DNA of 49,084 bases, counting the filler, from Streblomastix strix (Eukaryota), in assembly GCA_008636045.1 (NCBI GenBank). It is 3 parts of 3 records of this genome, joined end to end, with 100 filler letters (N's around TTAATTAATTAA, not from the genome) between each part and the next. Parts side by side here need not be neighbours in the genome. Positions count along the whole stretch, not along the records: positions 32,794 to 49,084 come from SNRW01000846.1; 2 more parts are not named here. One strand, written 5' to 3'. This document shows, one piece after another, positions 36,901-49,084 of the stretch; the first letter of the stretch is position 1; each line of letters starts with the position of its first letter. The notes under the pieces were generated by a model. That model was not told the origin of the DNA. It saw nothing but the letters and a program-made list of their open reading frames with translations, and did no database searches. The position numbers and the translations under genes were made by a program.

Positions 36901-39093
36901 TGATGAAGATGAAGATGATTGTGAAGATGATGATAAAGAAGATTTACCAAATATTCCAAATCCTTTATTCTATGATCCAAAAATACTTCCTAATCGTGGA
37001 TTAGATGGAGAGAAAAGTGATGATTAAGATTATTATTATTATTACTATGATGATGATGATGATGTGGATTGTTAATTAGACATCAATACTCCCTTTGGTG
37101 CAAATGGTGACTTGAAATGTTATGCCATTTACTACTATTATTATTATTATTATTCATTACCACTCTATATAGACTATCCAAAACCAAATCCATATTGATT
37201 AGATTATTATTATTACTATTATACTCCAATAACTGGAGTTCCACCAGGTTTAACAGGAGTAGTGAAAGAAAACCCAGATTAAATAACTGATTGCTATAAG
37301 TCCTTCTTGAAAAGATCTTTTGATAAGAAAAGCCAGAATTCTAAACAGACTTTGAATTGTTCTTTGTCTCTAATTTCTGTTAGACGGACAAGTAATTCAA
37401 GTGATGGGATAATATAACCCTAGATTATATATATAGTAGAAATGATATGAATTAAAAATAAGCGAATTAAAAGTTAATTAGAAAAATTAAATAAAAAGAG
37501 TAATTTGAATAAATAATAAAAACTTAAATCATACATTCAATTCTTATGATTATTCAATAAGTGAAATGTGGTTTTTGTAGAATTCCGTTAAGAATAAAGT
37601 TAAATTACGCAAAAACTTCCCATCATTTTCATTTGCTTGTTCATATGCTACTGACAATACTATTTGAATAATATAATATAATAAAAATAATAAATTATTT
37701 ATTAATACAAATTAATAAAATCATAAAAATCTAAATTATTATTATTTATTTAGAAATCATACCCATATTCTGTGGAATAGCAGCTTATATCTGCACAATC
37801 GTAGCTGAGAACATCCTTTTGAGCATCTCTGCATATTTAGCTCTTTCCTCATCATTCATTTTCAGACCTCCAATCTCAGTCAGACATTCAAGTGCTGAAT
37901 TTCTATGATCAGCAATTGGGAATAACTTCTATATAAGAGTTTCTATAAGTTTAGTCTCAAATACGAAAGATCTTGGTATCCATGGTATGAATGAGAGGCA
38001 GGTAAGTAGTGTTTCTTCTACTAAGGATGTAGGTTGAGTGCTTGCATTATCAAATACTACTTCACATAAATGGAAGACTTGAGCAAAATCCTTTTGTAGA
38101 TAGATTAGATAAAAAATAATAAAAAATTAAGAAATTAATACGAAAAATAAATTTAATTCATAATAAATTTCATATTAATTAATTAATAATTAAATTAATA
38201 TATTTATATTCACATACATTATTATAAGCATCCTTCAATCTCTATACTTTCTATAATGTCATAGCATCTTCCCCATAATCAAATACTTCCTCACTCAGAA
38301 GTCGAAGTAAGATTAAATTGTTCTCGCATAGTGTTTCGCTATTCTAAGCACTTGCTACTAAATCTACAACAAAGGACGTCCATGTCGCTGTCCATTCTTG
38401 CTTGACAATCGATATTAATGTGGTATTAAGCTTCGTCATGAAGGGTTTTATGGCTGGATTTCGGTATTGCTCTGCATCTGAGCTGATTTTAATCACCAGT
38501 TGTACTATATATTACTTGACTGCATCACGCTACTCCTGCGGAAGGATCCTCCAACGCAATTAAATGCATTTATCTAATGCCTTAACAAAAAAATCAATAA
38601 AAAAATAAAATTTATCGAAAGGCGTAAAACATGAATTTGTAAAAACAAGTAAAATTGTGGTTCGCATCATACCTACAAAGCTAAAAACTTTGAATTGATA
38701 TTTGATGAGTTTTCTAATATGCTATCCACTCTTGTCCAAGCATCAGCGTGGTTTAGGAATTGTGTGAGGACCGTCATTGCTTGTTGCGCCTTGAAGTCGT
38801 ACGTCATATTATGATATGAGGTAATTGTGAAAAAAATATATATAATAGCATCAAAATTTAACAAAAATATACAGTAATAATATTATAAACATTAAACCGA
38901 AAATAAATCAAATAATTATTTTTTTTCAAAAAGTGAAAATTTCTCCACGTTAAAAGTGTAATTATCAAATATATTAATAGAAATAGATATTATTGCACAC
39001 CTCTTATTAATTTCTTTGTGAATAAAAACAGTCAACAACGTTGTCGAACAATGTGACATCAAAAGCCCCTGTGAAGTCGAGTATCTTCTCCAT
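33943..39093 (-). CDS. XPO1: Exportin-1 (CRM1), multi-exon, apparently complete
   Basis: MEKILDF...[10 protein letters not shown]...[13 protein letters not shown]...[12 protein letters not shown]...[13 protein letters not shown]...[15 protein letters not shown]...[25 protein letters not shown]...FEDYPEHR. Stop at 33945-33943. Confidence 0.96.
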
Positions 39094-39639
39094 TATAATA
39101 CTTATATGATGAAATTAATGTTTATCAATATTTATTTATTTATTTTTATTTTGTGAGACTTCTGTTGTTTTGGAAGCCTCTAGACGAGCAATGAAACCAA
39201 AGCTGCATTTTGTTTTGTAGGTTTCAATCGCATTCTTATTAAATTATAATATATAAATGTTATATTTTTATTTAATTGTTCAATTTTCATATTAAAAATA
39301 TAAAATATATGCTATTAGTTGAAAAAGATGATAAAATTTTAAATTGAGCGTTTTTACTCGAGTACAACAATTTATTCCAAATAAATATACAAATACTTAT
39401 TTATATTAATGATACATTTAAAAATTCATTTATCTTGTATTTTTGTGCTCTTATTCTATATATATTTACAATTTTTATTTTTATTTTTTCTTCCTATTTT
39501 TAGAACGACTTATGAAACGACTTGAACATTGTACAGGAATTCATGTTAGTCCAGATGTGAGAAAATGCTGCGAGTTGAACTAAAGTTACTTTTAATTAAC
39601 AAAAATTCTTAAATTTAAAATCTTAATTTTTTCTTATAG

Positions 39640-41527
39640 TACCTATTCTTCTTACGTAACTCGCTTCTGAAGAATCAGTCGTAAGACTTCATGCATTAGG
39701 GAAAATCGTGGATTAGATTGGTATAGTGCAGATGCAATTATGTCGGGCAGAGTAATTTTCTGAACTATTGGATAGACTTGGTTTGTTACTTCAAAATTTA
39801 TTAAGTAAAGAAGCAGAATTTGCTTTTGCGATTATTGAACTACTTTCAACACAACGCTTTGATATGATTGCTGATGAAAGAAATAAATTAGACTTACTCT
39901 TCAAATAGAAATAATTAGGATAGTTAATGAAAGATGCTTTTCTAAATGAATAAACACCTGCTATAATAAAAGAAAGCACAGCGTTTTCAATCTCAGAATG
40001 GGAAATTATTGATGATGAAGATGACTAATGTTTCAAATAAATCTTAGATTTTCTATTAGAAAAATTAAGAAATGAAGAAGAAAGGTTACTTATTCAACCA
40101 TATGATATTGAGAATGAAATTAAAAGGAACAAATATGGATTTAGAACTTTAGATGCTATTCTTGATGCATTATGCGTATATGGCATTTAAAATTAGTTTT
40201 AAGAAGCAGTTGCTAATCGAGGAGGTATTGATATTGGCAGGAGATATCTTAATCATCAATCATTGAGAATCCAAATTTCTTCTACATTTCTGTTTGGCAT
40301 TATTGGCAATCAAGAAATAGGTGCAGCATACAGATTAAATAATGATTGTCTTTCAATAATGAACGACATAATCTCACCTCCTTCCGTTAAAGTTGTTACT
40401 CCACCTCATCTTTTGCATATATCACCTCATAATCATATATCAAATCTTCATTCTGGATGGATTGATAGTGCTTAAATGTGCGTAAATTGTGATTTGATGC
40501 CATCTTCAACACCTACGCATAATTCATTTGATATGGAGTATCGTTTACTCAAAAATTAATTATGGATATTAAAAGATCTTGTTTTGGTTTATCACGATGT
40601 TATAAAATCTATGATTGATCAAATGAATGAAAGAATTGGAAAAGAAAAATAAGATATTATTAAAGTATAAAGTTAAGGTTAATTTTCAAATGAAAGAATT
40701 ATAATGACAAAATATATTGATCCTCTGAGCAAAGTCATTATTTATATGAACCATCCATTATAAAAAATTCGCTTTATTTCAACTCAATTAATTGATATTG
40801 TGTATGAAAACGGAGAAAAATACTGGATTTTATAAGAAACGAAAGAAATTAGAAGAAGAAAAAAAATAAAGAATGAAGAATTGAAAAGAAAATAAAGCTA
40901 CAAATAACCAGATACAAAACAAGAGCCAGAAAAAGAAACTATCTAATAATGTAGTCTATGTGCTCTTCCAAATATTATATCTGTATTTAACCATGAAGAG
41001 GACGATGAAATATTGCAATAATCACTTTGGACTATCTATGATCTTCTCAAAAAGATAAATGAATTTTTAAATGAAGAAAAAGAAGAGAAAACATAAAAGA
41101 AATTAGAAAATGAAGAAGCTGATGTTTCTGTTTAATGCGAAGAATGCAGATAGATGGTTTCCTTTGGTAGATTCATATTGCATATGAAAACTCACGATGC
41201 TCTTGTTGACATTCATTATGAATCAGATGTAGTGAATGAAGATATAAATAATGTGAATGAGGGTGAAAGTGACAATCCAAAAATAGCTTAGAAACGCGTA
41301 CTTGAGGATTTTGAAGTAAAATATTTATATTTATATTTATATTAATTATTTTAGTTATTTTACTTAATAATTTTCATATTTTTATTTTTTTTTTATATCA
41401 TTCTTTAAAACAGGAAGAAGGACTTTTTGAAATTACTTAATCGCAAATCTATTAAGAGAAGTTGAATAAAATGCATGCTGCACGAGCAATTTACAGAGTA
41501 ACACTAAATAATCATAAGTATAAATGA
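39640..41527 (+). CDS. Helical/ARM-like hypothetical protein with a C2H2-like zinc finger (5' exons unresolved)
   Basis: Long open table-6 exon from the acceptor at 39639 to ~41315, an intron, then a last exon ending TGA41527. Contains CEECRQMVSFGRFILHMKTH. Candidate upstream ATGs at 39191 and 39512 could not be spliced in frame by eye. Confidence 0.7.
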
Positions 41528-42630
41528 ATTTATATCAATCAGATAGACTTTGTATATCTCATGCATTACTGTAGTATTTTATAAATAATTATCAATTAAT
41601 TTGTTTATTAATTATTTCTTAATTTACTAATAAATAGAAATCAACTTTATTTTATTGCTCAAAAATATAAAAAAATATATGTATGAAGTTGTTTGATTAG
41701 TAATTATATAGATAAAAATTTAATTTGCATTCTCATTCACACATGTGTTTTTGTGCGTGTATAATAATATGTATAATAATAATACTATTCTAAAAAATAT
41801 TGTATAATATCTATTTATAATTTTCGAAAGAAGAAACGTTAATTTTACAGGAAAATGCTGTTTTGTCGCTAATACATGAGTTATATTGGATAATTTTTCA
41901 ATATTTTTATAATTCCGTGGATAATAAACTCAATATTGATATTATATAACCATGCTGAATAATGGAAGCCAAAATTTTCGAACAGGTTCAATATCTCGTT
42001 GCACTGATATTTATATATTTATATTATTAATAAACAACACTTTAATATTCATATTTAGCTATTTTACTATTTAAAAAATAATTTAATAGCCTGAACATCA
42101 CAAAATTAGAAAAGTTGACATTTTCAGTTCATTAATAGCTTTTTTTTCTATCAAATAATAAATTTGTTATTTTTATTATTGCTTGCAAAAATTGTCAACA
42201 CTTACTTTAATTTTTCCACTTGATATCTCCCTTATTTTTTATTTTAAATTTTCCCCCAACAAAAATCGTCTTTTCCACTTTAACCCAGTCAATTAATTCA
42301 ATTTTTTATATTGATAAATCAAATAAAAGTACTATCTTTTATAATTGAGTACTTAAATAAGAATTAATTACTCATCACAATAGCTACTGGATTTTCAAAA
42401 TAATTTTATAATAAAAATTACTTAATACAAAATTTTGATATTTTATTTCTTTAAATCTGTTAAATTTATGATTAATTTCACTTTATTAGTCTCATGGATC
42501 TCGCCAATTATTGCATACAAAATATTTTATTTTATTATTTCTATATCAATTTTTAATTTTTATTTTTGTTTAGATTGATTTTCATCTAAGGATAGATATT
42601 GATATTTAATATGGAAATACTATTGAATCA

Positions 42631-44190
42631 ATGAAGTCTGAACAAAAATATTATTAAATAACTCCTTAATCAGCACATATTGACATTTTGACCCAGTTAA
42701 AGCAAAGATCAAATGTGAAATCAGAAGAACAAAAGATATAATTATTATAACAAATCTTTAATAATATTGAAAATCTCGATGAAGATAAATTGGAAATAGA
42801 TATTGATAATAAGTTATGTGCAGAGCTGAATAAACTGATTTAATAAGAAGAAAAATATGCTGCTTAATTAAAGATAATGAATATTATATTAGTAATCTCT
42901 GAGAGAGGATCTGAAATAGTTAAAATGTTTGTTGAGAATAAATTCTATTGGACTTTTAAAGATTCTGGGTTATTGGATACAATAGAATAAATATTTAATT
43001 AATAAATTAAGTTATAGAAAGAAGGAAATGCATCATATTAATATAATGAATTGTACTCCATACTTGTCCTCATAAATTCATTCATAAACAAATACAGGTT
43101 TATTGATGATGGTATTAATGAAGCTTGTGGAAATTATTTCAAATTTCAGATTAATGAAATGATTTAAATACTCAGAAATTTGATTATTTAAAAAGATTTG
43201 GAAGATGAAAATAGAAAATAATAAATAGAAACAGAATTGAAAAAAAGAATAAAAATAATAAATGCAATTTCTAATATTGCAGAAGATTGGACCACTCAAG
43301 AATATTTGATAGAATAACTTAAGATTCATGAAGATATAGAACCATTGATACATATTAGATGCTCAGAAGAATTGAATTGTTCTCAGTGTTTGAATCTACC
43401 CGAATCCGATTCTTCAAATTAATTTCTCAGTTTTATATACAAATCTCTAGAAGAACTTTCTTGGTATGAGAATGATGTACGATAATTCTTATTGGATAAT
43501 CACAATATATTCAATCATTTAACTCCTCTCATTATCTCATTTTCAACAAAAAATTCACATCAAACCAGTTAATAAAGTCAAATTCAACAAAACTCAATTT
43601 CATCTTATCCAGAATCAACATTGTCAATAGTTGCTTAATCTTTACATTTCCTTCATACCCTTTTGGATGAAAACACTTCTTTGTGCTAACTTGCATATAG
43701 CACACCTAATCTAATAAAAGCATTGATTGATTTAACTATATTTGAAAGGAAATAACATCAATCTATAAAAATATAGAAATACATTACAAATATCAGAATA
43801 TAGAGTAATTGTTGCTTAGATAGAATAAGTTGTTTTGGAGTTTAAATTGTGAAAGAAAGAATCCTTAATGATTAATATATAAGAATATAAACTTGCATTA
43901 TTGGCTCTGGAGGCGGAAACGAAGAATAAAATGATGAAGTAATTTAAATTGGATTAATGAATATCAGTAATTTATATATAATCAATCTTGAGGAAGATGA
44001 TGAGCATTTCCATGGATAACCTTAATTGCTAAAATCTGTAAATGAATAATTAGAATATGAAGGAGGATTAGAAGAAATTGAGGCTAATTTATACCATTAT
44101 AAACAAATAGATTAGTATAAAGTTTAATACTTAGCAAATGAAACAAAAAAAAGGATGAATAACATTAAAATTTATAAATTAAATGCGTGA
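42631..44190 (+). CDS. ARM-like family protein, paralog of 19036-20676 (~519 aa)
   Basis: Colinear similarity: KIHEDIEPLIHIRCSEELNCS, GSGGGNEEQNDEVIQIGL, LEYEGGLEEIE. Confidence 0.85.
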
Positions 44191-44656
44191 TGAAACAAAT
44201 TAATGAAGTTGCATTACAATGAATTTAATACCTAAAATGTAATAATCATTAAAAAATATAAGAATTTATAAATAATACATAAAATAGAATAATTCACATC
44301 ATAATTCCTTTTCTATCCTCATATATATATCTAATTAATTTATATTTTCTATTAGTTAATCACTTCACTGAGTTGAATAATATAAATAAAAAATATGAAA
44401 ATAAAAATCATATTTCTTTAAAAATTTTGAATTAAAATGATATAAAATAAAAAATTTCAATAGAAACATACACTATTATCTTCACTTTTTATTACAAATA
44501 AATATTCAAAATGAACTACTATAAAAAAGAAATATTCACTCATTCATTAATAGAAAATATGCTCATACTTAATCGAGTAGTTTGAACAGAAAGTTAATGC
44601 AAATTTGATGACAGTAAATTGGCAAAATCGTTGATTTATTATAAGGAAATGAAAAT

Positions 44657-46712
44657 TCATTAAGTCGTGCATGGATTGTAATCAGGCATTGGCTGATCTA
44701 CATTTAATATAGCTCCTTTGGCCTGCAGCGCTTCTTTATTAATTTATCCAATAAACTTCAATGTCCCTTTATTCAATAACAGAGGTTCTATCTCTTCAGT
44801 TCCTCCTTCTGCTTCTAATTATTCTTCAGATTGCTTCAGATGTAATATATTGAGTTATAATGACTACGATTACTTTTATTTCATTTGTACTGGAACATTT
44901 TAAGTCTATCTGCCCCTATGAAGGAAATTAAAGAAGGAAATAATGTTTTATAGTCCACTTACTATTACATTATCATCTTATGCACCATGGCCTCCTGCAA
45001 TCCCAATAATATCAATAGTTTGATTCACAAATGATTAATTGGAAATTGATTCAAGTGCTGCTTTATCTCCATTATCGATTATCTGTCTAAGGCACGTCAG
45101 ACCGTACTGTGCGAGTTCTTATTCAGTTTTGTCACTTTAATCCATAAAAAACAGCTACGCGAATTTGATATTCTTGCATTTGGAAAATTTGAACAAAGAT
45201 GAAATTAGTTCAGGAATTTGTTTCATTGTATTGTAATCATTATCATTTATATTGAGAAGTGCACATAGGAGAATTACAGCATTGTGGGCTTAGCTAGTGC
45301 AATCAATATACATATTTTCTTCTTCTTCTTCGTACTGCGATTAATAGAATTTATTAGCGTTTGCAAAGTCAATTACAATTTTTATCAGATGTTCAGTGAA
45401 ATTGTGCTATTTGTTCAGAGAGACAAAAAGTTGACTATTGCGAGCCTACAGTTAGTTGAGCTAATTGAATGCAAAAACTTGAAGACCTAAGCACATTTTG
45501 CTTTCATTCATCTTGATGCGTTTGGATCCACAATTAAGATACTCAGGGCAGTTTATGTGAATGAGTTCAGCTATTTTCCTGTTGAGTTTGTTATCCTGGT
45601 ACAAATAAGTGGAGAGAAACGTATCGTTGTTGCTGTTGAATTTCTTTGTGTCTTTGATGAAATGCAATGAATCTATTATTTGTGTCATGCAACTCTCTGT
45701 TTATGGATCATTTGCATTTAATCCAAACATTGATTCGTTTTCAAATTTACTATTCTCTTCGATTTATTACTGCATTTTTATAAATTCTTCATTTAGTTAT
45801 AATTGTCTTTTTTCTTTCTATTTTTATTCGTTTTCTTTTTATTCTTTTTCATCTAATTCATTTTAATCATCTTATTTATTTATTTCATCACTATCTTTCT
45901 ATTTATTTTCATTAATTAATATTTATTCATTTTCTTCATTTGTTTCATTATTATTATCTTTATTTTATATCCTTTCGATCTGTTCACAAACATGCGTTGT
46001 AATAACACCATAAAATAATTCCTGCATCTCTTTCCTAATATTACGACTGTTCATCATCAAAAGATATGTACGTGCAACTTACTCTGAAATATATCCATAA
46101 AGTTTGAATTTCTTGTCTTTTTTATCTTTTGTTTATCTCAGTTTTATTATTTCTTCAAATTTTGTGATCAATCCAGACTTTTCCATCTCAGAAAGAAGAG
46201 GAGTCGGTTTGATATCTTGGAAAAACATCCTTCTATTTTTCTGTATCTCAAAAACTAATGTGCTCAGTGGATCTAAAATGTTGATCAATGCTGCTTCTAT
46301 TGCTGACTTTACATCTTTCAGCTCTGCATTTATAGCGATAAAAGTTTCATAGTCAAATAATTTCAGAAGACTTTAATCGAAACCATCTTCAGTTTTATAT
46401 TGATGTAGCAGAGTGTTCAACTTTAAAGCTTTTTCATCTTTTAATAGCTCAGTTGATGAGAGAATTTTCATTAAAGGATTAAATTCGTTGATGAATTGTT
46501 TCTGTAAAGTCTTGCATTGCATCTTGTGCTCTTTCCAGTGCAACTGTTGATGATTTCGAGAACTATAATATAAATAACAGTAATTATTAAATAAATAGAA
46601 TGAAATATATTAATTAAATATTGAATGCACACCAATAAAAAACCATTTTACAGGCAGAACAATGTAATGTGCATTCTTAACCACAAACAGCGCAAATCTT
46701 TTTCGAATCCAT
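44657..46712 (-). CDS. zf-MYND plus ARM-like family protein, 2 exons
   Basis: MDSKKICAVCGQECTLHCSACKMVFYC|SRNHQQLHWKEHKMQCK (MYND). Then IAELIHINCPEYLNCG, GIAGGHGAQDDNVIVSGL and LEAEGGTEEIE. Confidence 0.88.
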
Positions 46713-47917
46713 CTAATAATAAAGTAAATAAGATGCATTTAAAAATAAATTTGTCATATGTAACTATTTTTTGAATATAGGAACAATAAAACTAGTTAAA
46801 ATTATTCATATAACAAGAAAAATCAGAATTGATAAAAAAAATCTCTAAGGCTTTTAATATTGAATTAATAGATTAAATTTCGTATATAAAATTATAAAAT
46901 GATGTTTAAAACATATTAAATATAAAAAATAAAGTATATACTTGGTAAATTTTTATTGAGTTGATGTAAAAATTGAAATTATTTTTAAATTCAATTTATT
47001 TCATCTTATAGATTATTAAATTTATATATATTGCAAAATATATGTATTGATTAGATACATTAAATAATATTATTATGTTAAATAGCATAGGTACATTTTA
47101 AATGATGTGAAATGACCATCTTAAAATTAAATTTTTCTGTGAAATATTCATAATTAATATATATTCGATATTTAATAAAAAAATAAATTATTAAAAATTT
47201 TCATAATTAAATTTTAAAATTACTCTAATGGTTGAATTCGAATTTATTTTTATAAAAATCTCTTCAGTTTTGCTATAGAGTTTGCTAAAGTTAAAATTTA
47301 ATAATAATTATAGTAATTATTGTTAATATAGGTATTATGCAAACTAATTTTATTTAATTCTATAAATTTTAGATCACCTTTTGGAAAATTACATAAAAAA
47401 TCAGTTTTTTACCACAATAAAATATTCTATATCAATTTTTACTATATATTTTTATTTAAAAATACATTTTATTATCATTTTCAACTTATTCACAATTTTT
47501 TTATAACTATTTCAGAGGATGCTGATGTCCGAGAATCTTTTATAATAAATATCGCACTATCCGTGCCACTATTAACTTAAATCTTATAATTCATCATTTT
47601 CAATATTTATTGTTATCTATAAATACCATTCAATTATAATTAGTATTTAATTTTGCATATTGAAGCGAGAAACAGCATTTTATTTTTTATATAGAGCCAT
47701 ACATAAACAATGAGCATTCCAGTGGACATAATTTGACGTTAGATATACATAATGATTAAATACATTACATAAATCATCATTTGAACAATACTAGTTTATA
47801 ATTTCCATAATATGATTATTTACATTTTTCTAAAAAGATTAATTTTATATACTTAATATTTTTTTCTATTTCTTTAGTCTTGCTACCTTAGTTTTTAATT
47901 ATTGATATACAGAATAA

Positions 47918-49084
<1,167 letters not shown>

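Overview
AT-rich eukaryotic sequence that reads cleanly only with TAA/TAG = Gln and TGA as the sole stop (translation table 6). The supplied standard-code ORF track therefore shows only fragments and antisense shadows. Code, intron style and Gln-rich insertions best fit an oxymonad such as Streblomastix (inference). The window is three contigs joined by artificial N44-TTAATTAATTAA-N44 linkers. Contig 1 (1-16298) is one giant fold-back palindrome (arms 1-8064 and 8235-16298, 170-bp spacer). It carries about 8.2 kb of a compact, intronless Maverick/Polinton-like viral element in the host code: a split HNH endonuclease, a 601-aa DD35D rve integrase, an AT-hook protein, a small membrane protein, a hypothetical gene with an internal TGA, a 1045-aa phage-tail-fibre-like protein and a second, truncated fibre/RBP-like protein. 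The element also has shared promoter-like motifs and a repeated structured intergenic motif. Contig 2 holds a non-autonomous hAT-type element with TIRs and an 8-bp TSD, an ARM-like family gene, a small dually acylated Ig-like protein gene and a 5'-partial glycogen debranching enzyme gene. Contig 3 holds a last exon of unknown function, exportin-1/CRM1, three ARM-like genes (one with zf-MYND, one with a C2H2-like finger) and a TOR-like HEAT gene running into a (TAA)37 polyQ tract. All translations were done by hand and no searches were run.
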